A stretch of DNA of 64,000 bases, from the IMG/VR virus record IMGVR_UViG_3300025889_000073, positions 64,001-128,000 of that record; one strand, 5' to 3'. This DNA comes from a virus. A program made the position numbers and the translations under genes. The stretch's first letter is position 1; every line of letters starts with the position of its first letter. Shown one piece after another: positions 31,101-38,359 of this stretch. The notes under the pieces are model-generated. The model had not been told where the DNA came from. It did no database searches and saw only the letters and a list, made by a program, of their open reading frames with translations.

Positions 31101-34100
31101 TATGGGTTGCAGGACCAAATTGTTATGGTGAATTGGGTGTGGGTGACATTCAACCCAGGTCAGTATTAACTCAAGTTGGAAGTTCAACATGGAGTCATAT
31201 AACTTCAGTACAAGGAACTACATTAGGAATTCGTTCTGATGGTACTTTATGGTCTTGGGGTAGAAATACTTTTGGATGTTTAGGTTTAGGCCAAGAAGAA
31301 ACTGTTTTACCTTTTGTTTCATCTCCAACCCAAGTCGGCACATCAAATGCTTGGAAAGACGTAAAAATCTTCACTCACTCGGAATCTTTGCCTGAAGCAC
31401 AAGCATCAGATGGTTATCTTATTGATTATGATGATGATTATTTTACTGATTATTGGTTACCATATCATCCTTGGCCAGTTGATATAGTAGTGTATGCTGT
31501 CAAAACCGAAGATGATGGTAATGATAAAATTTATGGTTGGGGATATAATAGATATGTGACTACTGATACAACTGATTTTTCATATACAGGCAGTACACTA
31601 TTTGGTAAAACGTATATTACTACAAATTCTTATAATTTAGATGGTTCTGGTGTTGCTAATGTGACTTCTCCAGATTCAATGGATGTAAGATATGGAGAAT
31701 GGCCCGAACAATGTGAAGTTATACAGTTAGGAGATAAAACAGCTTTACTTAGAGATAAATTTTCAAATCAAAATACTAGAATTTATTGGGGAACATCAAC
31801 GTGGGGTTTACAATCGGTAAACTCTACTCAAACTTCTGTTGGACAACCGGGGTCTTTTTTAGGAGATTTTGAGGATTATGTTACAACTCACGAATTTAAA
31901 GAATCTTGGCCAATTATTTTTAGAACGGATGAAGATTCAGTTATTCAAATTGCTCCACAAAAAACTTGGTTGGATATAGAATCTGGAAATAATGAAATTT
32001 ACGCTGTTGAAAGTGGAACAGGAGATATCTATAGATTTGGATATATGAGAGGTCCATTAATAAAAGGTTCTGGAGGGTTTAGTAATGTAATACCTACTTA
32101 TTTTACTTCCGGTTACGGCATCGATCAATCATATTTTGGTTTAAAAACTGGTTCTTTAGACTACGATGTTTATGCGTGGGGCTCGCCAAGGGCCGGTAAA
32201 TTAGGAAACGGAGAACATAGTGCAATTACTGTAAGTGATGCTTCTCCTTTTGTTTGGACAACAGAAGTTTCTAAAATATTAAGCACAGATACGAACACAT
32301 TATATTTAACGAGCTCAGGTCAAGTTTATACTTTAGGTGTAGCTGATTCTATTGGTTATCTCGGTAATGGTAAAGTGAAGTATTCTTTAGAACATTATGG
32401 TGAAATATATTCTTATCCCGTTCAAATTGGTGATGATACAAATTGGTCAAATGTGAAAACAGGAAATTATCATGCAGCTGCTTTGAAAGAAGACGGTACT
32501 TTGTGGACTTGGGGACTTGGAGCAAATTATAAGTTGGGATTATTTGGTAGTTCGAATAGGTCTAGCCCAACACAAGTTACCGAAGGACCGACAACAGGAA
32601 GTAATTATTGGAGTACTATTGAAGATTTAGATTCTTCCAAAACACTAACAAAAAGAGCTGACGATTCTCTGTGGATTTCTGGAACAGATGATTTAACTTT
32701 ATATTATGATTCCCTCTATTATTTTGATTTGATTGGAAATTATGGAGGACTAAGAAATGTTAGACAATTACCAGAAAGATTTGGTAAATTTAAGAAAATA
32801 GTTTCTCTAAGAAATCTTGTTGTTGCTATATCTAAAGATGATGGCTCACTTTGGTATTGGGGTAAAAGTATTAAAAAGGTGCCTGGAATAGATGATAACT
32901 CCACTTGGAGTGAACCTAGTAGATTTACATTCAGCTTAAATTTTGATAAGAAAAGACCTAAACCACCTTCTATAGGATGGACAGATGTGCATATTGCACA
33001 AGTTTATGGAACTGATTATGATGGTAGTTTATCCACTAACGATGCAACGTGTTACTTTAATATGGTAGCACTACATGAAACAGAAGGTGCTTGGATTTGG
33101 TCTAAAAACTGGACTGGAGAATATGGGTACAACGATACGACATCAATGGAAGAATGGGTTACAGAACCTATAAACCAAACAAAACTTTTACCAGGCGATT
33201 CTGGAGCTAATTTTTATGATATTTCAAAATTACCGGACCCATGGTCTAACGATGCAAATACTACTTTGGGTAAAGGTATTGTAGAAACGCAAAATTGGAA
33301 AACTGGAAATTATTGGAAAAAAGTTCAAGTGGGTATTAAATCTGCTGAACATTTAAACTCTAATTGGTATGCTCCTAATTTCACCAATTTTTATATGGAC
33401 AGCGGTGAAGAATGGCACGATTTTACTAGAAGAGCAGGATACGTTTATGCTTTGGACCGAGACAACAATCTTTGGGTCTGGGGAGGAAACTACAAACACG
33501 CTTTAGGTAAGTACTGGATAAATGACCATTTTGGTACTGTTGACAGCTATTTACTTTATAATGAAAGTAGCATAAAATTTATAAGTCTATCAACTAGAGC
33601 CTTACCGCCTGCTTTTTTCGGTCTCTCTCCGCAAAACCATTTTTATCATGGCGCAGATTATTATAATCATAGTTCGACACCAGTTTTGGTTGGTTATGGC
33701 TATAGTGAAACTTCCGGGAGTAATTGGACGTATAACATCGATGAGAAAAATAGTTTTGATTTAGGTGTAAAAGATTTTTGTTTAAGTTATACATTGGATA
33801 ATATAATTTTAACATTAGACAATAAACTTTGGACACCAAACACCAATTCTGGTCTTACTAATTCTGGCCATACAGAACAATGGATTTATAGAGATTATTT
33901 TTTACCTAGATTGTTGATTTCTGAAAATGTTGAAAAAATATTTTCTGGTGTTGATAACTTTGCTATGATAAAAGAAGATGGGACTCTTTGGATGTGGGGT
34001 TATGGAACTTATGGTAAATTAGGAACAAATAGTACAACATATCAATCAACACCAACTTTAGTTTATACTCCAATTAATAATTGGAAAACAATTTATTGTG

Positions 34101-35863
34101 GAGAAAATCATACAATTGGTGTGACTGAAGATAATTATGTTTATGGTTGGGGTAAAAACGAAAATGGAACTTTAGCTCAAGGTGATATTGGTGATAATGA
34201 AGTTTATTACTCCACACCAGTATTAATTAATTATAGAAATTATTTCTCGGAACAACAATCAACATATACTACTTCAAAAAATTATATTAGTGTTGAAAAA
34301 ATTAAATCGAATACTACAGGAACAATTTCGATCGATTCAACCACACAATTATATGGTAAAGATGTTGGTTCTATTGATGTTCCTGGATTTTTAACGCAAA
34401 CTGTTATAACAACAAAAGAAGAAGAAACTTGGATTAGAACACAAAATGTTGAAGGTACAATTTATTACGGAAATACATGGACGCATTTGGATGGTTTAGA
34501 CACTACAATAACTCCTGCAAAATCAAATAGTAATGTAATAATACAACTTTCATTACAATATGATTATCCAATAACTGGAGATGGTTATAGTAATGCTTGG
34601 TCTAATGTGGTGACTTGGGATAATAGTAAAATAAATTGGTCAAACACTATTTTACAATGGAGTAATACATCAATATGGCAAAACACTATTGATTCTTGGA
34701 CAAACACAGTTGCAACTTGGGACAATGTATCTACTGGTAGTACAACAGATGTAGGCTGGGCAAATTCTAGTTGGTTGAATGTGATAGTTAGTGCCAACGG
34801 GCCCGGTACCGGCACCGGCGGAGCAGCAGGTTCTTCTGTTAATTCGTTTTATCATTTAGAATATGAAGGCGCTGCCGGTTCAGTCCGAGAGTATGGTTTT
34901 TATGACATGGGATTGTCTGTTGCTCCAACAAAAGTCAAATTTAAAATTATAAAAGGTAATGGAACAAACGGTCTGGAAACTCCAGACGCAAATGAATATT
35001 TACTGGTACAAGTCAGAAGTTATGACGCCACCTTAGGTACATTTGGCAATTGGGTAACAGTTTATACTGACGAGACTGATTTTACTAGAAGTTCACTTTT
35101 TTCTTGGGGTGAAGAAACCGTATCTTTAATACATTCACCAACGCAAGAGAACAACAACGCCCAGCATATAAGATTTCTTCAATTAAATCATAGTGGTCTT
35201 ACTTATGACAATTATGCTATAGATGACATTACATTTATTTTTGACACCGAGGTAGCCGCTTTTGGTTCTGGTGGACAAGAAATACTCGTATCAGATTTTG
35301 AAAACAATAGTTTACAAACAAATGTTAATATTGTAATTCAGAATATAGTTTGGACTAATACTCCTCTAACTTGGGATAATACCATTGACTCCTGGACAAA
35401 TACTCAAATATGGAATAATGTTCAGACAGCTTGGTCAAATGTTTGGTTAGGAGGTTGGAATAATGTTTCAACCACAAACTCCACATTTTTATATGAAACC
35501 AATAAAAATTATGGGGAAATTAAGATTCGTTTGAAGAAACAAGGTAAATTACTAACTAATGCTTTAGGTGTAACTACAGTAAATTCATATGATGATACAG
35601 GGTCGTTCGGTATTTCTGAAACAAGGTCTAATTATCAGCAATCCTCTTGGTTGTCTGTTTATCACTCAAATACAGAAGCTACCTATGCGGTTTCTGGAAC
35701 ATTAACCGGAATGTTCATTGACAATCTTTCACCAGAAGACTTTTTATATGATTATGGTACTGTTTCATACACACTAGAGGTTGGTGGCACAGATTCAGGA
35801 AATTTCTTTAGAATTCTTCCAAACAGTACTTTAAAAGTCATTGAAGTCCCGGCAAAAGACTAA
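22148..35863 (+). CDS. Giant 4571-aa virion adhesin with many RCC1-like repeats, about 4 reelin-like domains, an FG-GAP-like propeller and W-x-N repeats
   Basis: Uninterrupted ORF; many DGTLW(S/T/A)WG.N..GQLG..SSP.Q repeats; SGTGTG..GGF reelin-like units with S.D.G.SW Asp-boxes; FGKSLSI..LIIGAP..GKVYVY. Confidence 0.8.
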   Translation: MVTRRNTKNSPLTHEELDENFRELRYDTSLQRVLENGNTTSNSIELENLSGITNAELYTTQTNTFNAIIISQNTYTTLPTANVDEVFAGTDHSYLIDEVGTVYQFGDFRNQAITYEGFVNPQEIYTETITTEISAGTKDIIETITDGIFYFSSGTGTGPNGGFKTQDNLKYLSFTGSSDSFAPGNTRVLTSKTLDLTTSTFVTINAIKGSLDNGGHGNYWNTVLPVLIDELTDFRNESLDNFELFLQFSDDDGSSWTYSEKINVNFDWDDHTVFIPERYKTSQSKIRIIQAHILNQYYQHSFYRDVSFNSLYYFSDGYYKYFPENVGNQWTEVPSFGVKSIKIYENISKGYLTFSDNVFSYKKTKIGNGFTVALRSDGLVFYWGDLYPVTLNSNTLVEPTQLPINGSYDKKFIDLAVGNESIYLIDENKHLWVLGNNDFGQLGINNTTHQSNEFIELDGIWDSIYASRNFVFGIRDKEYTLWSWGQNDWGQLGTGNRLNVSSPVLINGPREWDKVFLGYDSSYAKEKNGTLWFFGNDTKTKSGITTESLNAQYRINDDRKKNEGLKKVVSTNDEHSFGISNNNILYRLTTRDANTSGIRNKSTIFTTNNYEDYDQFPWQVYDNKQYIELFDGHQPTRREWIVDYYLSTLGNSDCYPEYVNYAIDIDKKLYAIESHYSNARAGIITSPIGLNWNEYFSTPVQVTSPGSDLWKTGTVGNWTNFGIKDDGTLWTWGKSAAYYNNFGDPEHIWNGPEPISSFSNYRVRFAYISSPVLIDSGNWKSIFTGHHRYNNENLGYSRHFYGAQTTLAIKEDDKTLWGWGRNRINALFQSNDPIIIKDISQTNKIIAVDSWGTAGAANTGINGGPYNNTAPSLWSSWDRGGFVIDSKKKLFGWGAGHKITPSEPIGAPGALFFVVDQQYARQIEEYDWIDFMASGSEQINTSFPQQQAIATSTGTYLGYKGQGLRLGITAEGEMYGWGYNLYGGAAGFGVGNYLSRAVRVREYANTSIYDIKWAKVSNSKSNFEHNAAIDQNGSLYIWGRGTNYKLGTGSTASINYVTANKHERGTNWFWGQVSCGRECTAAIRNDGTLWFTGEISGSWKPSTFTQVGTDSDWIYVVCGYKTILAQKSNGQVYSFGWGNQVASGLVDYNTHRLRTSEPSGAQEGELIGYKFLEPSGTQTTLDDVDSGTINSSVSDTTGSNTTLTPVTSGTGTGSTGGFVASFSGNYHYKFTGTGDRKMQSVPLDLTGKKSISFDYIVGLNTNGAGETSLPSPYEYSSITSSNGINVLFSTDSGVSWQDSTGSYPGQLIGYKINLFHSFSSAWRTIAVEIPASAQTSGVLVKIYDGRTYGAGEEGINEYGIDNFKLNTDFNYTTIPFVFKDFSIDIGSNTASGILTTDDLEFYNSSITTANTNVATIWGRIHDEYLYNTYRGSNVYVPSRIQLNDVENFSVAKIQSLFRFANNKTYTLVTNTARPYETNPWTNYHINTEFKKIDVEQIDYISQISEDRWQKAEFVRNMVIGLKEDGTLWSWGWNDNGKAGNGSAPGLGPSPTPNQMVQVNSLETQNLKWTDFTSSANTVHGITEDNRLWNWGTNGSFEEFGDGNTSTTLTHLQPIQIGGYQSEYDWYKVSGHNNSRIALKKDGSAWHWGREDNVVTSVSSSLISVYNNNITSWSNTVNTYPYFGLYDEAVTYTYTSGPLGSILTVDSVDDHWYNNANVNFYQIPSSNIYAVSANYGIEPPGGTAHVTDYKWRIHSYEPGHTLNYSPASNNTGALNNMGPMNRPGSNYHLVCTGKPEYKYASSYPHTGENYILFEPKDKLSRISFSMIKGNNYNGLGATLQQGGTGTKFLSLEVLEGYSQYSSNDYGQVGNAFRMANNDPWIWPRAANNISIQTVQYESLEFHNLDDPEWWEFANIQMDTITTPGQNETWQDYGPFFVGSYNSGGMQTWIRMRYISTEDDSSQEEYYSYNNFAIDNVNFTWLNDSVYPIQLVDYNFEQFEVVTWNNVASWSNTTTSFYGQSSSQTESPILLDFGWESFEFPTLVDNAGVPYFKFNEITPSEGNIYTRDSFGANVSATNNGLMVFEDDTNRIYRYSLSPFYYHGYVSLGSTTAEFGRIDSAGSISAVRSSLGNVQLYNNETGQLYTTLNYLEFGNSSYNTFGKDVAVYDQYVAIIDTRYVYVYHVGSLQKVCQYYFASTVNKVDIHGEHLVVGVGSNVYVFKFLNYLNEQGQINPGFQYSYNLSIPSTSQTIRINDNYIAISYNTFYGPTIRVYPIITNSPFVIGNYFEFPWNDYYESGYSPISNRSFGLAMELSDKNILVTSEPRAVNYSNTAVGVVLVYDLDIRKFSYAIENPNPPEGFNVPQSDVFGSSADFFGKSLSINPEGTQLIIGAPVDNYYSVNKVGKVYVYRLGSQYNDKNWIDISSGMSNGLAVKNDGTLWGWGENKDVRILLDEFELNDASTPVQLSSSGATDIAIGDKHLGYLKGSLYVWGENDWGQLGTGTTYSTSTPTSIGVGFEKIFFGQDRSFGVKTDGTLWAWGRNTYRELGIGSGTLPVSSPVQAGSTIGWKYVDAKAPRLTVGVDSNNQVRKWGQYISGPPPYTTPITSAPTLDSDFGTNIEKVAVVPKPQANTIIFALDTSGNLFAKGTNSERYFGFWEKNYDIAQINSGNHLFYGHSTDFFIDSSGNLFAWGSNDSHGLAIGSSDETLYYSTPVQVGSGFKTVASAPSTTHLYSSYDNSTFCPWNSANRNKDGKNIINPTTGVKFLPGSQTFYGISDVGHLMVWGSCKGFNAQGTNIYSNVYSSPTILDNTHNWTQASLGTNLFAAIDSNGYLFLRGDNYWYDVPGWWGYYMRDTIGRPWPPLKDLKQHYRDHYGLSSSTVVHLNDLLFHHTPEDTLPVNVYWGYNFNKSSFTQIGTDTWQKCFVSYNYPRIPLNYNLTGSFFGIFANGGDDYVDENTFVPSDDIFNTFGGKLYFNNLFAIKSDGTLWVAGPNCYGELGVGDIQPRSVLTQVGSSTWSHITSVQGTTLGIRSDGTLWSWGRNTFGCLGLGQEETVLPFVSSPTQVGTSNAWKDVKIFTHSESLPEAQASDGYLIDYDDDYFTDYWLPYHPWPVDIVVYAVKTEDDGNDKIYGWGYNRYVTTDTTDFSYTGSTLFGKTYITTNSYNLDGSGVANVTSPDSMDVRYGEWPEQCEVIQLGDKTALLRDKFSNQNTRIYWGTSTWGLQSVNSTQTSVGQPGSFLGDFEDYVTTHEFKESWPIIFRTDEDSVIQIAPQKTWLDIESGNNEIYAVESGTGDIYRFGYMRGPLIKGSGGFSNVIPTYFTSGYGIDQSYFGLKTGSLDYDVYAWGSPRAGKLGNGEHSAITVSDASPFVWTTEVSKILSTDTNTLYLTSSGQVYTLGVADSIGYLGNGKVKYSLEHYGEIYSYPVQIGDDTNWSNVKTGNYHAAALKEDGTLWTWGLGANYKLGLFGSSNRSSPTQVTEGPTTGSNYWSTIEDLDSSKTLTKRADDSLWISGTDDLTLYYDSLYYFDLIGNYGGLRNVRQLPERFGKFKKIVSLRNLVVAISKDDGSLWYWGKSIKKVPGIDDNSTWSEPSRFTFSLNFDKKRPKPPSIGWTDVHIAQVYGTDYDGSLSTNDATCYFNMVALHETEGAWIWSKNWTGEYGYNDTTSMEEWVTEPINQTKLLPGDSGANFYDISKLPDPWSNDANTTLGKGIVETQNWKTGNYWKKVQVGIKSAEHLNSNWYAPNFTNFYMDSGEEWHDFTRRAGYVYALDRDNNLWVWGGNYKHALGKYWINDHFGTVDSYLLYNESSIKFISLSTRALPPAFFGLSPQNHFYHGADYYNHSSTPVLVGYGYSETSGSNWTYNIDEKNSFDLGVKDFCLSYTLDNIILTLDNKLWTPNTNSGLTNSGHTEQWIYRDYFLPRLLISENVEKIFSGVDNFAMIKEDGTLWMWGYGTYGKLGTNSTTYQSTPTLVYTPINNWKTIYCGENHTIGVTEDNYVYGWGKNENGTLAQGDIGDNEVYYSTPVLINYRNYFSEQQSTYTTSKNYISVEKIKSNTTGTISIDSTTQLYGKDVGSIDVPGFLTQTVITTKEEETWIRTQNVEGTIYYGNTWTHLDGLDTTITPAKSNSNVIIQLSLQYDYPITGDGYSNAWSNVVTWDNSKINWSNTILQWSNTSIWQNTIDSWTNTVATWDNVSTGSTTDVGWANSSWLNVIVSANGPGTGTGGAAGSSVNSFYHLEYEGAAGSVREYGFYDMGLSVAPTKVKFKIIKGNGTNGLETPDANEYLLVQVRSYDATLGTFGNWVTVYTDETDFTRSSLFSWGEETVSLIHSPTQENNNAQHIRFLQLNHSGLTYDNYAIDDITFIFDTEVAAFGSGGQEILVSDFENNSLQTNVNIVIQNIVWTNTPLTWDNTIDSWTNTQIWNNVQTAWSNVWLGGWNNVSTTNSTFLYETNKNYGEIKIRLKKQGKLLTNALGVTTVNSYDDTGSFGISETRSNYQQSSWLSVYHSNTEATYAVSGTLTGMFIDNLSPEDFLYDYGTVSYTLEVGGTDSGNFFRILPNSTLKVIEVPAKD
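34598..34783 (+). repeat. W-x-N 6-7-residue repeat (left flank of a reelin-like domain)
   Basis: WSNVVT WDNSKIN WSNTILQ WSNTSI WQNTIDS WTNTVAT WDNV..WANSS WLNV. Confidence 0.8.
35351..35467 (+). repeat. W-x-N repeat (right flank of the same domain)
   Basis: WTNTPLT WDNTIDS WTNTQI WNNVQTA WSNVWLGG WNNV. Confidence 0.8.
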
Positions 35864-35879
35864 ATACTAAATTAAATGG

Positions 35880-35887
35880 AATAAATA
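35880..35887 (+). promoter_or_regulatory. T4-type late promoter (AATAAATA) for gp25
   Basis: NATAAATA, 5 nt before ATG 35893. Confidence 0.6.
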
Positions 35888-35892
35888 CCAAA

Positions 35893-36303
35893 ATGACCAC
35901 ACTCTCAACAGAAAAAACATATTCTAAAGGATTCAGAGACTTAGACCTATCCTTTCAGATACATCCTGTCAGGAAAGATATCAATGTACATAAAGATGAA
36001 TATGCGGTCATAAATTCAGTAAAAAATTTGATTTTAACTAATCATTATGAGAAGTTTTTTCATCCAGAAATTGGAAGTAACATTAGACGGTTATTGTTTG
36101 AAAATATAGATACAGTTATTGCTTCTCAAATAGAGAAAGAAATTGAAGAAACTATATTAAATTTTGAACCTAGAGTTCAAATCTCAAATGTAGTGGCTCT
36201 ACCTTCACCTGATGATAATCGATATAATATTGAAATGGAATTTTTTATTATCAATGTTGCAAGTCCAATAAAAATTAATTTCTTTTTAGAACGGATAAGA
36301 TAA
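35893..36303 (+). CDS. gp25: gp25 baseplate wedge subunit
   Basis: FRDLDLSF..HP..KDI, AVINSVKNLILT...E..F.PEIGS.I..LLFE, FEPRV, FLERIR. Confidence 0.95.
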   Translation: MTTLSTEKTYSKGFRDLDLSFQIHPVRKDINVHKDEYAVINSVKNLILTNHYEKFFHPEIGSNIRRLLFENIDTVIASQIEKEIEETILNFEPRVQISNVVALPSPDDNRYNIEMEFFIINVASPIKINFFLERIR

Positions 36304-36304
36304 G

Positions 36305-38359
36305 ATGGCAGACCGTTTAAGAGTTACCGAACTTGATTTCGATTCAATCAAGACAAATTTAAAAACTTTTCTGAATCAACAGTCTCAATTTACTGACTAT
36401 GATTTTGAAGGTTCTGGTTTAAATGTTTTAATTGACATTTTGGCATATAATACCCACTACAATGCTTACTATTTAAATATGGTGGCTAATGAAGCATTTT
36501 TAGATACAGCATTACTTCGTGATTCTGTTGTGTCTCATGCTAAGAGTTTGGGTTACACTCCATATTCAAAATCTGCAGCTAAGGCCTCGATAAGTTTTTC
36601 CACTGGAACAGGTTCTCATAAATTAACAATACCAAGAGGTTTTTCTTTTTTATCAAATCAAATTGATGGAAAATCATACAATTTTGTTGTTATAGAAGAT
36701 ATTACAAGTACTGCAGCTTCCGTTGGCGGGTCATTGGGAGGATATACTTTTCCCGAAATTTTTATTTATGAAGGACAATTTGTAACTTATAGTTATACAC
36801 AAAATGACAGTACAAATCCAAAATCTATTTTTACAATAGAAGATTCCAATGTCGATATTTCTACGATTAAAGTTTATGTAAAAGAATCTTCAGTTAGCAC
36901 AGAATCTGTTTTATATAATTTATCTACTGATGTTTTAAGTGATTCTAATTCATCCAATGTTTATTATATACAGGAAGGAAAAGCTGGAAAATATCAAATA
37001 TATTTTGGTAACGGAATAGTTGGTAAAAAAGTTCCTGACGGCGGCGTTGTAACAATAACGTATCTGGTAACAAATGGTTCAGAAGCTAATGGCGCCGATT
37101 CATTTAAAGCTACGGACACTTTGACCGATAGTAATAGTATTCTATTCACAAATTTTACAATTACAACAAATTATGCTGCAGCCGGTGGTTCTGATAGAGA
37201 AACTGTTGATTCGATAAAATTGTTAGCTCCAGCACAATATGCTTCTCAAAACAGATTAGTTACAAAAACAGATTATGGTTCATATTTAAAAAGAAATTAT
37301 TCTGCGGCTGATTCTGTTTCAGTTTGGGGTGGTGAAGACCAAGTTCCAAAAGTTTATGGTAAAATTTATCTTTCCATAAAACCTAAACAAGATTTATTCA
37401 TATCAGAAACAGAAAAAACTAGATTGATTGAAGAAGTTTTAAAACCAAAAACAATTATTGGTACAGATATAGAAATAGTGGACCCGGATTATGTTTTTAT
37501 TAAAGCTGTTACAAATATTTTGTATGATAAAAATAAAACAAGTAAAACTGAAACTGCTTTGAAAGCTTTAATTGAAAATACAATTTTATTATATAAAAAT
37601 GAAAATATAGATAAATTTGAATCCACTTTTGTAACTTCAAAATTGCAAAGATATATTGATTCAACTGACAGTTCTTTTGTTGGTTCTGAAACTTTAATTA
37701 GATTAGAAAAAAGAATTACACCTCAATTGAATAAAAATTATTCGTATAATTTTAATTATGGCATTCCTTTATATCGTGGGACAATATTAGATGGATTAAA
37801 AACAAACGAATTTAATTATCTTGATGGAACAATCCAAAGGGTTTGTCAAATAGAAGAAGTTCCACAATCATTTACTGGAGTGGAAAAAATACAAATTACA
37901 AATTCTGGTTATGGTTATTCAACGACACCAACGGTAACAATAACAGGAGATGGTAGTGGTGCTACAGCTCAAGCGGTTATAGTTAATGGAAAAATCGATT
38001 CAATTATAGTCACGAATAAAGGTTCAAATTATACTAAAGCTCTAGTTACTATTTCTGGAGGAAATGGTTTTGAAGGAGAAGCAACTGCTGTAATTTCAAA
38101 CGAAGTAGGAACACTTAGACTCTTTTATTATGATACAAATTCAGAAAAGAAAATTATTAATTCAAATATAGGAACTGTAAATTATAACACAGGCGAAGTT
38201 TTTATCAATGATTTAAAGATACAATCAATTATTTCTGGTAATTATTTGAAAGTTGATATTCAACCAAAGAGTTCTATAATTGAATCTCAGAGAAATACAA
38301 TCATAACAATAGATGAAGAAGATTCTTCTTCAATAATAACAAATTTTGAAATTCTATAA
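36305..38359 (+). CDS. gp6: gp6 baseplate wedge subunit
   Basis: ELDFDSIKTNLK..L..Q..FTDYDFEGSGL..L.DILAYNTHY, SVVSHAK.LGYTP, AP..YASQNRLVT..DY, WGGED. Confidence 0.95.
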   Translation: MADRLRVTELDFDSIKTNLKTFLNQQSQFTDYDFEGSGLNVLIDILAYNTHYNAYYLNMVANEAFLDTALLRDSVVSHAKSLGYTPYSKSAAKASISFSTGTGSHKLTIPRGFSFLSNQIDGKSYNFVVIEDITSTAASVGGSLGGYTFPEIFIYEGQFVTYSYTQNDSTNPKSIFTIEDSNVDISTIKVYVKESSVSTESVLYNLSTDVLSDSNSSNVYYIQEGKAGKYQIYFGNGIVGKKVPDGGVVTITYLVTNGSEANGADSFKATDTLTDSNSILFTNFTITTNYAAAGGSDRETVDSIKLLAPAQYASQNRLVTKTDYGSYLKRNYSAADSVSVWGGEDQVPKVYGKIYLSIKPKQDLFISETEKTRLIEEVLKPKTIIGTDIEIVDPDYVFIKAVTNILYDKNKTSKTETALKALIENTILLYKNENIDKFESTFVTSKLQRYIDSTDSSFVGSETLIRLEKRITPQLNKNYSYNFNYGIPLYRGTILDGLKTNEFNYLDGTIQRVCQIEEVPQSFTGVEKIQITNSGYGYSTTPTVTITGDGSGATAQAVIVNGKIDSIIVTNKGSNYTKALVTISGGNGFEGEATAVISNEVGTLRLFYYDTNSEKKIINSNIGTVNYNTGEVFINDLKIQSIISGNYLKVDIQPKSSIIESQRNTIITIDEEDSSSIITNFEIL

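Noticed and set aside
15829-35863. Diversity-generating retroelement or invertible shufflon acting on the fibre genes
   Set aside because: No reverse transcriptase or invertase, no near-identical TR/VR pair with A-specific mismatches, and no inverted cassettes are visible in this window.
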